The notes beneath the pieces are model-generated. The model was not told the DNA's origin and did no database searches. It worked only from the letters and a program-made list of their open reading frames with translations. Both the position numbers and the translations under genes were made by a program. DNA of 64,000 nucleotides from contig NC_087437.1 of assembly GCF_036321535.1 (NCBI RefSeq), positions 117,368,001 to 117,432,000 of the forward strand. The letters run 5' to 3'. Source of the stretch: Camelus dromedarius (lineage: Eukaryota). Positions 50,896 to 62,789 of this stretch are shown in pieces (the first letter of the stretch is position 1; each line of letters opens with the position of its first letter).

Positions 50896-52254
50896 AATGT
50901 TTGGGGACTTGAGGCTCCACTCTCTGAGTCCACAGCTCCACCTCTGGGGATGGCCATCTGTTGTAGCCTGAGTCAGGACGTCTCCCATATAACGTAACAG
51001 ACCGCCAGGTTCTAGGGACTAGGACACACACACACACGTGGGGGCGTTATTATTCAGTTTATCACAGGTGGTTATACAAGTAAATCTGTTAAAATGCATC
51101 AGAATAGGTGCATTTTATCATGTGTAAATTATACCTCAATAACATTGCTTTTTTTTTTTTTAAAAAATAGGGTTGATTCTCCCTTGCCGTATTGTCACTA
51201 AGGATGTTTTTAGAGGTAAATGGCTTCAACACCACAAAGAAAGCTGCCATGGAATACGCAGGCCCCATGTGTAATCGTTATCGTAACTTACTGTAATTGT
51301 AAGACCGTACCTCTTATTTCAAAGTGGACTTCAGGTAGCAAGAGGCTCCTTAAAATGGGCGAACATTTTGGAAGGATTCTTTCCTGCGACCTAAGATGCC
51401 AAACGCGGTAAGGTTAGGAGAGCGTCTGAACTTTGGCGCTTAGACCTGTCTGGGCAGCTCAGCCTCGAGACTGAACTGGGAGGGGTCGCGAGCAGGGTGT
51501 TGGGCTTTGCTCAAGGTTCCGTTATCCTTGCACGTGTGGTTCACCCGGCTCTCTGAAGGGAGTGAAGCCCTTGCTCATGGTGCTGTGTTTCTGGAGGCTC
51601 AGTCACCAAAGAGCGTGGGACTTGGAGCTGAGAACAGGTGTTGTTAACCCCAGTGAGCCACATGTCATTTTCATCCTGGAGTTCGCAGCTCCACCAGCGG
51701 CTTCTCTGCGGGGTCACCTGCCCCGGAATCCCCTCGGGGTGCACCAGAACTCCCCTGAACTGGTTGAAATGCACACTCCCCAGCCCCATGAAGATCTGTG
51801 AAACTGCAGTTTCCACGCAGTGGAGGCCTGGATTCTGCCTTTCCTAAGCTGCCCAGGTGAGCCTCTGCTCACCAAAGCCTGAGAACCACTAGACAGAAGA
51901 GGCTGAGAAAAAGTCGTCAGAGAGAGGAAGGACAAAGGCAGAAACATCCTAGAAACTAACAGCAGAGCTTTAGGAGGGGAATTGTGACACGATACTGTCC
52001 TGTGATGCTGGGAGGTGGAGTCAAATGTCACTGATGACCAGGAGGTCACGGGGGACTTCACTGGCGTGAGAGAGGGCAGGCGAGGGTCAGCGGGGAGCGA
52101 GGAGAACGGCTCTATTAAATGAAAGTGGACAAACTTTCTGGGTCCTGCCACCCCAGCTCTTGGTGGCTGCCCTGGCATTACATAACATATTTGCTCATGT
52201 GCACAGGTGGATGTGCAGCGATGTTCCACTGAAAAATCATTTTTTGAAGAAAAA

Positions 52255-52730
52255 TTTTAAAAAACTTTATTGTGGTACAATTACTGTACAGTAAATTACA
52301 CATACTTCAGATGTACAGTTTGATGAATTTTGATAGATGTGTACAGCCATGAAACCACCACCACAGTCAAGATAGCTAACATTTCCATCGCTCCCCAAGA
52401 AGTGCAAATCTCAGGCTCCCAATTTATCCCTTCCCACCCTTGTCCCCTGCTGGTAACCGAAAGTTTGTTCTCAATGTCTGTGAGTCTGTTTCTGTTTTGT
52501 AAATAAGTTCATTTGTGTCTTTTTTAAAAATTCCACCTATAAGCCATATCATGTGGCATTTTTCATTCTCTTTGTGGCTCAGAATGATGATCTCCAGGTC
52601 CATTCATGTTTTGCAAATAACATTATTTCACTCTTTTTTATGGCCGAGTAGTATTCCACTGTATGTATGTATATGTGTGTGTGTGTGTGTGTGTGTATAT
52701 ATACTACAACTTCTGTACCTCTCCATTTAC
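52255..52730 (-). mobile_element. L1 3' end with the same chimeric 3' UTR as the 37374 element
   Basis: Highly similar to 37380-37760 across the junction; minus-strand AATAAA at 52266-52271; contains a (GT)n at ~52675-52696. Confidence 0.88.
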
Positions 52731-52744
52731 TGTCAAAACTGGAC

Positions 52745-55700
52745 AGAGGAGCACTAACAGACACCTGAGTGGTGATGGGAATGGTGGAAACATTCTTCCT
52801 TCTATGTCACAGCATCCTCTTTGTGCTTAGGGTCAATTACTCCTGCCATAATGGTGATACTTTTCCTTGCCTGTGGGTCATACAACACCAAAAGCCTAAA
52901 ATACCCAGGAGGCAGTTGTAGCTTAAAGTTCAATGAGACTCTTATTGTGTCTTTGAATGGAAAGAGTCCCCCTTTGGGAAGCAGGACCTCTTCCTGCAGG
53001 GTCCAGAGTTTCAGTGATGGGAAGAAAAATTCCCCAAGTGTGTCCTTGGAAGACGGTAAGTAGGACCACTGTTCCTTCCACACTTGATTCCCATGCTTGG
53101 ATGTAATACTGACTGGGGACACAGTATCATGTTTGCTTGTTGATTTAGAGGGGGTACTACATCCTGGAGGGTGACAGCCACCCTCGTGGGGTACCACCTC
53201 CAAGCTGATGCTTTACCTGTGCCTTCCAAGGATTATTCCACTGTGCTATCAGGTCAGAGCCTCAGCGTGGTGCAGCAGGTGACTGGACCCGTGAATCTGT
53301 GGTCGTTTGCCCACTGTTAAACTTTTTTGCTCTAATGTGAGTCCTTAAGCCCAGTGAGATGTGTGGGATTTATATTGGTGCGTCAAATATTCTGTAAACC
53401 TCCTGAAGCCCTGTAGACGGGAAAGGCAAACTCACACAGGAATATGAGGTAATGCCTGTCACGTTGCCTCACTCCCTTCCAGGGTGGCTGGTTGGTCTCT
53501 GAATGATGGTACCATATTGAAAGTTCAGGGTGAGACCCCGTTGCTTGCAGCTGGACATTCGGCTGGACATAGTAGCAGCTGGATCAGTCTTGGTGAGTCG
53601 GAGCCCACGCTCTCGAGCTCTTGAATAGCCTCCTTCCTGTCACCATGGCTGCTCTGTTCTTGTATCCATTTTGCAAACACTGGTGTGGTCAATGGATGAG
53701 GAGGGCTGCCCTCAGTTGGCTGGGGCATTTTATCTGCTTGGTTGTTTAATGTCTCTTCCATGGTGAACGCTCTCTGGTGGATGCTGGCATAGAACGCAAA
53801 GATTTTTACACTTACCGCCCACTCCTGCAGGATCATCACAGGCCTCCTTGTCCCTAATCCTCAGATCTTCCTTCCCCCAGGCCACTGAAGCCAAGCCCAC
53901 CGCCCATGAGTCCATACGTGTTCTAGCTTCAGGCCCCTTTTTCTGCTCCAAATGGATGACAGACGTCTGACGCTCTTCCCTCTGGGAGGATTCCATCCCC
54001 GTGACTTCCAGGGCCATCCATTCAGCGGCTGCAGTGCATCAGTAGCCCATTTTCAGGGAGTGCAGTGCAGCAAGCTGACTCATCGAGGAGCTAAAACTTA
54101 GCCTTTTACCTCCTCTTTCCCAGGTAATAAACGCACCCTCACCCATGTGGCCACAGGTGTGAGCTGCAGGAGAAACGCTGGTGCAACAGCAGTCAGTGAC
54201 ACGGGACTCTAGGCCACCTGCTGGTGCAACTTGCATGTCCTTTCCGGCCCTGCTGGTGCCTCGTGTCTGTAGGTTCCACTTTCATTGTAAGAATTATTTG
54301 CCTGTTGCTTGCCTGACCTCATGAGTGTGTGGGTCCTGACAGACCCCGAGTCATGATGGGCAGTTATGGCTTCATTGGCCACTTGGTGTCTATAGCTAGG
54401 AACTCGGTCTCAATTAAGACCCAGTAGCAGGACAAACGCTTTTTTTTTTTTTTTTTCAAATAGTGTCTGTTTCTCTGCTGCAGTTGGCATGGTCTTGCTC
54501 TGGGATCCTAGAGGTCTACTCTGTGATTCTCCTGCTGGGGTTTGTCGTAAGTGACACCTGGCGTAGTACCTTCCCACCCTAGATATACAGGGTCTCCCAG
54601 GCTGCAGGCGCTGAGCTGCGGGCACACTGGCACCACAGCCTGCAGCGCCCTGTTCCCCGCTGGGCATCCCTGAGACCCGGCACCTCCATGTCACGTGGTA
54701 AATGTGTTAAGCAATATTCCCGCGTTAGAAACATGCTACTTCCAGAGCTGGGCTCCCTCCTCAGAGATGAGAGGTACAAGATGCAGTAATTCACCCTTTA
54801 CTTTAGAGGGAAAGTCCCAGCAAGCCATTGACCCCTTAAAGTTTCCTAAATACCCCGCCCCCCCGAATCTTTATGGCATTTTCTCCCACGTCCTGGAGCA
54901 CTTGTATCTTTCAGAAACTTCCAGCATCCTTGCCCCTTTTGTTTATTCAGTCTACTTAACATGTCATCTGGATGGTGGACCAATGTGATGCTCTGAGGAA
55001 GGTCCAGATGGTCCAGGTCTTTTCGGATTAAATTGTGATGCAGGGCAGGAGAATTAACACAGCCCTGGGGCAGAGCTATAAATAAATACTGATCTCCATC
55101 TCACGTGACTGTAAACTGCTTCTAATCTGCCTTCCTGAGAGAGGTGGAAATAATGCACTCATCAAATCAATGGCTGCGCATCAAATCCATGCTAATTGGC
55201 TCTAGAAAAGAGACCGCATCTGGCACAGCGGTGCTCAGGCTACTGCACAGTCAGGTTGGCAGGAGCTCACATTTACCTTCCAAAATCTCTGCGATTTGGA
55301 AGGGGCCCAATGAGTAAATAAAATGGAGTCGTTTCTCTGGGAAATACAGTTTTTGATTTAGTTTCTTGGCCTGGAGGCAATTTTTTAAGTTTCTGCTGGA
55401 CCTTGCCACTGTGGTAGCTCTTACCTCACGGGACAAGGAATCCAACGTGGTAGAGCAGAGTCCCGGGGCGTCTCAGATGAAGTGCCACAAGCCGAGCAGT
55501 TGAAACAAGTCATTCTCTCCCAGCTCTGGAGGCCAGAAGTCCACGGTCACGGTGTGGGCAGGGCCGTTTCCTTCCGAGGCTGCAAGGGAGAGTCTGTCCC
55601 AGGCTCTCCCCCAGCTTCTGGGGGCTGCTGGCATCCTTGACGTTCCTCGGCCTGTGGAAGCATCACCCCGACCTCTGCCTCCGTCTTCACGTGGCGTTCT

Positions 55701-56900
55701 CCCTGTGTGTGTCTCTGGGTCCAATTTCTCTCTTTTACAAGGACACCAGTTAGAGCAGATCAGGGCCCTTCCTAATGGCCTTAACTGATTACATTTGCAA
55801 CAGTCATTTCTAAATCAGGCCACGTTCTGAGGCACTGGGGATTAGAACTTCAGAATATGAATTCTGGGGGAAACACAATTCAACCTATCACATGTGGGTT
55901 CTGCCAGCTCCCAAGTCTGTCCGTCCCAGTCATACGCGGAGGAAGGGGTCCGACCCTGGGTGAGCCTGTGCACCTGCTGGTCCTGGGCCAAGTCTGTCTT
56001 TATTTTCTAGCCCCAACGTGCCCCCAGCTCCAACCGGGGTGGCCTGCTGATGCTGCGAATCCCTGAGTATCAACAATCATAAACAGCAGTCCTCGACCGC
56101 GACCGTCCCCTTTCCTCCATGTGCAGTCACCCACGTTGGTGGCTGGAGGTCCCTTTAGGGGGACGACTGGGGAATTGTGACCAGATGCTTCCACTGTGAT
56201 GTTGAGGGTCTCTCCTCCCGAGAACCCAGCTTCTCCTTTAACGGGCTTCAGCCCTGAGGACTGGCTGAGGTACAGAAAGTGGGCAGGGGGCTGGTACCGG
56301 TCCTTGGCGGCTGCCCTCAGGGTCCCCATCACCCGTCCTGGATTTTGGTTGATTGTAGAGATAGGGCACTGCCCCACCGGCTGCTCGTCTGTGTTGCTCC
56401 TTGGAACACAGTCCTGGTACCACCACCTCCACCGCTCTCCTCGAGCTGCACCCCCAATCTTGTACCTGTGACGATAATTGCATTTGAGTGGCTGCTGACT
56501 GAGAAATGCTGCCCCCAGGCCTCTGAAGTTTGTGGGTTCCCTCCCACTGCTATCAGGGAGCCCCGACCTGCTGCAGCATCCTGATGTCAGCCACCCCTCA
56601 GCTGCCCAACAGTGCCAGTGGCCTCTCACCTGAGGACTCCTCACCACTGTCCTCCAGTCGGTCCCCAAGAACACAGCGGATGCTCGGCTGGGCTGGCGTG
56701 GTCAGTGTGTTTGGTGTGCCCACGTCTCTGAGCCGTTTGAGCCTCCTCCGTCTTCTGCATCCTCAATTCTGGCATTTCTACTTCACTTAATATGGACTGT
56801 CCTCTCCACGTTTCCAAGGGCTTCTCCCAGGGGCACATCTGGAGGTCTTGGCAGGGCGCTGAACTCTGTGAATATCCCTGTGATGTAGGAGCATTTCCTT
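52745..56900 (-). mobile_element. Decayed ERVL-class endogenous retrovirus internal region (gag/pro-like, RT, RNase H, integrase, dUTPase-like)
   Basis: Minus-strand remnants: dUTPase-like EVLLPKGG...LNFKLQLPPGYF...MAGVIDP (52802-53203), RNase H-like VKIF..ASIHQRA..EETLNNQADKM (53525-53839), RT-like ALPQGCVNSPALHHNLIRKDLD near 55010-55080. Confidence 0.82.
55451..55892 (-). mobile_element. MaLR LTR (MLT1C-like) inserted in the ERVL pol region
   Basis: cagctctggaggccagaagtcc...aacacaattcaacctatcaca; 5-bp TSD cgtgg/tgtgg. Confidence 0.88.
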
Positions 56901-57504
56901 ATGATTGTGAATTTATTCTGGACTAACAATACACATAGCTGGTTACCAAGTGGAATTTTCTTTTTGTTAAATTTCAAAAGGCCCACAGGACCCAATGTTC
57001 GAAAATGCTTCTCTTCTTCTGTTTTGCAGATGCACATTTTTGTAAGGTGCTTTTTCTGTGTGTGTCATTTATTAACAGAACTGTAAAAGGAATGATTTAC
57101 TGTTTTCCCGGGTGCACTGGCCTGGAAAAATATTGTTCTCTTGGACCAGTTTTTGCTTAGTGTCTGCTGGTTCCTGAACACTGGGGTCTTCAAATCCCCC
57201 TTGAACGTGCTTTTCTCTCCTTTCCAATAAAGCGAGAAGAAAATCCTTCCTTTTTGTATTGAGCTTAGAATAAGCAAACATCGAGTTGGTGAATATTTTA
57301 GATTTTTATTCTAGTTGACCTCTTTTTCCCAAGGAGAGTATTTGATTCTCTCAAGACATAGAACTGATGCCAGAAACCTCTCTCTAAATGTAAAGAAATA
57401 TGTGCTTTTGTTTTCAACTGAGTCGTGTCATTCCCACTTTCAGAAAATTTCAGTCCGAGCTACCGAGGTCCATATATTTATCTTAATAATCAGCCCTGGT
57501 ATGT

Positions 57505-57620
57505 GTGTATTCATTCATTCGTTCACTCATTCACTCACTTGTTCATCCATTCATTCACTCACTCGTTCAATCATTCCCTCACTCACTCATTTATCCTTTC
57601 ATTTTTCATTCATTATCCAT
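57505..57620. repeat. (CATT)/(CACT)n simple repeat, probably an expanded L2 tail
   Basis: Seen directly; followed by L2-like attgagaacttgtctatccctggtac. Confidence 0.85.
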
Positions 57621-57989
57621 TGAGAACTTGTCTATCCCTGGTACTTTTCTAGAAGCTAACGATGTATTGCAAGCAAATGAGAAAATAGATCCTTGCCCTT
57701 ATAGAGTACAGAGAATGTTCTGACTAATTTTAGCCTGAATTATGAAAGTGGGAATACAATTTTAGTCTATTTGAGAAGAAAATATGGGTTTTATAATTAG
57801 CATTGTTTACAGTCGTCTTTTTTCTGTCCCAAATTTAAGGTGAGCATTCATAGAATTACTGAGTCATCCAGTCTCACTGAATAAAATGAAGAGTGTGTGT
57901 GTGTGTGTGTATAGGTGGGGAGTGACACCTAGATATGTTTATTAAGGTAAAATTTTATGTGCAACTTTCCCCTTCAGTTCATCACCCTG

Positions 57990-58008
57990 CAGTGCCATCT
58001 GGTGGTTG
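57990..58008 (-). promoter_or_regulatory. Candidate CTCF site
   Basis: Reverse complement CAACCACCAGATGGCACTG fits the CTCF core CCAC(C/T)AG(A/G)(G/T)GGC. Confidence 0.55.
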
Positions 58009-58116
58009 AAATTAAGGAAAACATTTCAACATACATGGAGACAATTACAGTATAAATTGTAATTGACAATTACAGTGTAAATTGTACAGTATAAACATTT
58101 GGTCCCTGTCCCTGTC

Positions 58117-58246
58117 GTGAACATATAAGCTATCATCCAAACTGGGAGAGTTTTCAGTGCAAAAACGGGAAACTATTAATGATTTCCCAGGAGCAACAGG
58201 GATAAACCAAGACTGTCAAAGGCAAACCTACACGAGATGGCAAGAG
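58117..58246. mobile_element. MER94-like hAT-Blackjack element
   Basis: tatcatccaaactgggagagttttcagtg...actattaatgatttcccaggagcaacagggataaacc. Confidence 0.7.
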
Positions 58247-58372
58247 TCTGATGTTAATACATTGGGCATTTCTGATGCACCCATATTCTACATAGATTAT
58301 TCAATAAAACCCACATAGCAACCTCATGAAGCGTAAGTTCAATTATTATCCTCATTTTGCTGTTGAAGCCAT

Positions 58373-58627
58373 GGGACTTGCAGATTTTCCAGATGAAACA
58401 GAGGATGTCCATTTAATTTCAGACAATCCACCAATGAAGTTTTAGTATAAGTATGTCCCTAGCAGTCAGGTAAGCCACAATCATTTTTAGTATAAGCATA
58501 CCCTATGCAATGTTTAGGGCATATTTATACCAGAAAATTATCTGGTGTTTATCTGAAATTCAAATTTCACTGGATGGTCTATTTTTGTTGTTGGTGGCGC
58601 TGTTTTTTTCCCTAAACCTGGTAACTT
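58373..58627. mobile_element. MER53-like palindromic hAT element with a partial internal duplication
   Basis: Arms aatttcaga...tttagtataagtatgtccc / gggcatatttatac...tttatctgaaattcaaattt. Confidence 0.8.
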
Positions 58628-59051
58628 GAGCTTGGGGAGGTTAAAGAACAAACTTAAAATCATTCAGACTGGAACTAGAATTTGAAACCAGCTCTTGCTT
58701 CAAGTGAAGCTCAGGCTCTCGAGTGCCTGACTTCCGTCTGGCAAACGCGACCCCTCCTGACCAAGGTAGGGAGGCGGCCGGCCGAGCTGCTCAACTGTTC
58801 TTCCTTCTCCAGTGAAAATGTAGGGCTGGGCTGTGTAGCATGTGAAGGCCCGGACCGTAATTTTTAGCAGTATAGTTTGTTTTAATTTAGTGACCTTCAC
58901 AGAATTTGGGGGTAGAAAGTGTCTTTGAGCCGTGGAAGGATGCCGGGAGACTCGACAAAATTCCCACATGGTCAGATGGAGGTGCCAGTTTGGAACTTAG
59001 GTGCCATGTGGAGGATGTGAAGGCAGGAGAGTCACACTCAGAGCCCACAGT

Positions 59052-59291
59052 GTGAACCAGAAATTCTTTAAAAAGATTTTTTGATTAAAAAATGCTAAAT
59101 TATTTATTATTTCTAATTTTTTAATTAAAAATTTTTATGAACCAGAAATTTTAAAAAAATTTTAGTTAAAATTTTAGTTATTTATTTTTAAATTTTTAAT
59201 TAAAATTTTTATGAATCAAGAATTCTTTAAAAAATTTTAATTAAAATTATTTATTAATTTCAATTTTTTATTAAAATATTTTTATGAACCA
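59052..59291. repeat. AT-rich tandem repeat, three diverged units of ~73-85 bp
   Basis: Units start with (a/g)tgaa(c/t)ca at 59052, 59137 and 59211, with a partial fourth at 59284. Confidence 0.85.
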
Positions 59292-59384
59292 CGTGTTCTT
59301 TTGTTGTTGTTGTTGTTTTCAGCATCAGAGGATAGTTTCTGATGTGCAGGAATTCTTCCTTTTGAAAACCTTTTTTTTTACGTA

Positions 59385-59605
59385 TATATTTTTCACATAT
59401 ATATATTTACATATATGTATTTTTTCTTTTCCATTAGAGCTCATCACCAGAAATTGAATATAGTTCCCTGTGCTATACAGTAGGTCCTTGTTGTTTATCT
59501 GTTTTATATATAGTAATGTTTATCTGTTAATCCCAAACTCCTAATTTATCCTCCCCCCCCCCCGCTCCCCCTGACCCCCAGCACAGTTTGTTTTCTATGT
59601 CTGAG
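59385..59605 (-). mobile_element. L1 3' UTR fragment
   Basis: attgaatatagttccctgtgctatacagtaggtccttgttgtttatc...cccaaactcctaatttatcc. Confidence 0.85.
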
Positions 59606-60730
59606 AGGAATTCGTAAAGGGACTTTCCACACTCACTTCCCAGCAGGAGGGACACAGAGGAGGGGACACACTAAGGTCCCCAGGGATGGAGGCCTCTCTG
59701 ATCCAGGCTGGAGGCCAGTCTGTGGTCGTGAGTGCTGGGCCTCAGCCTGAGCCACAAGCTTCTAGAATGTGTGTTTAGAGGAACCTCCTTGTCCACAAAG
59801 GCTTCTTAAGAAACTTACCCTCCAACCCACAGATAATACCCTGGCAGCTATTTTTGTACTTGGTGGCCCATCCCTGTGCCCACAACAGCAGGTGGCAGTG
59901 GGGACATCTGACCCAGGTGGGTGATCAGAGTCCATCCCCCAGGAACTTAGAACAGGGACCAAGACATGGGTTAGTCTCTAATGGGCCCTTGAGGAAGAGA
60001 TGAAACCTGGGAGCTGGGAGGGGCCTGAGAGGGGGAAGGTGGGATGGAAGAGAAGGAGAAGGGATGGAGGGAGGAAGGGAGGAGAGAGGGAGGAAGGGAG
60101 GGAGCAGGGAAGGAGGAAGAGGGGGAACCTGTGGCTTCAGCAGCACCTGAGAGCCAGGCCTGGCTTCCTGTGGCCCCCAGCTCTGGGTCTGGAACCTGCT
60201 GCCCAACTGAGCATCATGTTCAGTTCTGGAAGCTCCTGAGACCTCCGTGCGCTCCCAGCAGCAGCTCAGCCTCCCTGTCTGTGTGATGCTCTCAGCACCG
60301 ACATCCTGGGTGACATCCAGCACGTGGCCCAAGAACCACAGCCCCTGCCCACAGGGCTCCCTCTCTTGTTATATGCAGAGGAAAACTGCGTTATCTCAGT
60401 TTACCCAGAAACAGGCTTCTTTGGAGGCTATTCTCCCGGGACGTCTCCCCTATCAGTGAAATCCTGGATCTTAGCCTGAGAACCATGCCGAGTCTACCTC
60501 AATGACGTCAGAGTTCCTCAGAGGAGGCGGCCCTCGGGCCTGGGCTGCAGGGCCCTCACCCCAGGCCTCTGTGTCCGCTCCCCGCGTGAGCCCTGCCCTG
60601 CAGCCACGAGGGGTCTGTTACATTCCTGCCTCGGGAGCAGGCACTGTCCTAGTCTTCTGGGTATCCTCTCTGTGGGACTGGGGAGTCTGGTGTCAAAGAG
60701 GTAACAGGTGACTCTGGCTCCCTCTGAGGT

Positions 60731-60749
60731 CTTCGCCATCTAGTGGTCA
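60731..60749 (-). promoter_or_regulatory. Candidate CTCF site
   Basis: Reverse complement TGACCACTAGATGGCGAAG is a strong match to the CTCF core. Confidence 0.6.
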
Positions 60750-61734
60750 GGTGTGGCCAGTGGCGAAGTAGTGCACAGGACAGACGGCGTCCGCTGGGAG
60801 GGTGAAGTAGTATCATCCGCGAGCCCCCAGGAGAGTCAGAGGGCCCCTGGGGACCAGCAAGTGCAGTCAGAAGCCACGTAAGTCAGAGAACAGGAGACTT
60901 GCATCTGTCGGCTGCAGCTAGAAACCTGGCCGTAGTGGACACAGTGTTGGCTTGGCCCCCATCACCCCGCTGTGGACTGTGTGGAGTGCCATTTCCTCTT
61001 GTGACCCTGCTCATCAGCCCACAGCGGACTCGCCTGGAGGTGAACACCAACTAAGATGGATCAGTGAGCTTCTGTCCTGGAGCTCTGGATGTGGCCGGAA
61101 GGATACAGTCAGCCTTTGTCCAGGGCTGGAGGTGAATGCCGATGGACTGGGGCTTTTGATGGAAGGACAGCAACAGGAGCTGGTCCTCATCCACACACAG
61201 AGGCGAGGGTGGCGGGGAGACGGAAGGGGTGTGGGGTCGGGCTCCCCCTGGGCCTGAAGCACGGCGCTGATTCTGTCCGCGATGTCGGGAGTCACTCGGC
61301 GGTCGGCGGTCCTTACAGTAAGTTGCTCACTTTTGTTCAGATGATCCGTGTTGGATTTCTGACACTGGCAGATGACCAGACTTGGATAAATGCACATTCA
61401 AAGCTGATGGTCACCCCCCTCAGTGAGTGCTGATCAGACCCCTGTCGTCAGGGAGCCGAGGCCCCTCCAGTCCCCTGAGGTCCTGGACAAGCTTGTGGGG
61501 AACCCGCCTGGCCGCGGGGTGGATGGAGGAGCCAAGGCCTCTGGGGTGACCTGAAGGGCGTTGGAAGGCCACGCATCCCCCTCCTGCCTACATACCTTCC
61601 CTTAGCACGTGTCCCAGCGCCTGGGACTCTCCCAGTAGGGACCCGTCACCCAGGTCTTGACTCTCCTCCCTCCTGACCATCCCCTAATACATACACCTTG
61701 CGGGAGGGCCAAACCGCATCGCCCACCCCTCGCT

Positions 61735-61910
61735 GCTGTTAGACTCCACACTTACACTTGTGGGATTCATTTTTATTGTACACCTTTCTCCTCCACCTGA
61801 CTGTGAGCTCTCTGAGGGCAGAAACCATGTCTGTTTATGTCTGTGCGGCACAAAAACCAGACCCTGACAGGCAACAGGTGCTCCACGTGTGCTGAGGAAA
61901 TGAACGAGTA
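61735..61910 (+). mobile_element. L2 3' end
   Basis: gactgtgagctctctgagggcagaaaccatgtctg...caggtgctccacgtgtgctgaggaaatgaacga. Confidence 0.75.
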
Positions 61911-62484
61911 TCAGGACTGCCTGTGTTGTAAACGACAAAATTCTGGAGGCGACTGCCCCTCTCCCAGGCTTCACTTGGGCCAGTTCTAGCACAGAAGGAG
62001 ACCCCAGGCTCCCCCTGCCTACATGTTGGCTTAGCCGAGGGCCAGCCTGGCCTACTTCTCTTGCAGGTCAAGGTCAGGCTGATAACCGATGGGCGTTAAC
62101 TGATGAGAGACAGAAGTAACAGACAGGAAATAGAACACATATATTTCTTGTGTATATAATACCCACAAATTCGATGCACACAGTGCTGCCCAATAAACGT
62201 CATTTGTCCCTAATACAAATATTACGTGTAGGCTACATGGGGCAGCCCGCTTGGCTTGGCATTCCTGTGCATTTTCCTTCCCGCTGTAGGTCCTGGTGTG
62301 CGCGCTGGCCCGGAGAGATAGAGACGTCATGCCCACCAGCACGTGAACGCCCAGCACTGATGCTAATGTCACAGAGCAAGTTTTGGCAATTTGACCCATG
62401 AAGATGGTTTCTTGATGATTTAGTTTTCAATTGACCTTTTTTTGGTCTTAGGTGTTTTAAAATAAACTTTAAATTTTAGAATTG

Positions 62485-62695
62485 CTTTATTTTTATTTTA
62501 ATTTAAATTTTAACCCTTTTAATTGAAGTGTAGTCAGTTTACAATGTGGCATCAATCCCTGATGTGCAGCATAATGTTTCAGTCATACATGTATATACAT
62601 ATATTCCTTTTCGTGTTCTTTTTCATTATAGGTTAGTACAAGATATTGAATAGAGTTCCCTGTGCTCTACAGTAGAAAATTGTTGTTTATCTATT
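62485..62695 (-). mobile_element. L1 3' UTR fragment
   Basis: ttgaagtgtagtcagtttacaatgtgg...gatattgaatagagttccctgtgctctacag; ttagaattg flanks both sides (possible TSD). Confidence 0.85.
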
Positions 62696-62789
62696 AGAAT
62701 TGTTTTAGATTTACAGAAAAATTGCATATAGTCCAGAGGGTTTCTATATACTACCTGCTTAATTTCCCCTATGAAATGAACACCCTATA

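Noticed and set aside
56000..56674. 224-aa minus-strand ORF as a domesticated retroviral gene
   Set aside because: It lies in decayed ERVL sequence, has only patchy similarity to gag/pro, and I recognise no intact domain.
58373..58627. Long hairpin suggesting a microRNA precursor
   Set aside because: Explained by the palindromic MER53-like transposon; the arms are diverged and interrupted by a duplication.
59052..59291. CRISPR-like repeat-spacer array
   Set aside because: The 'spacers' resemble each other and are low complexity, there are no cas genes, and the context is mammalian.
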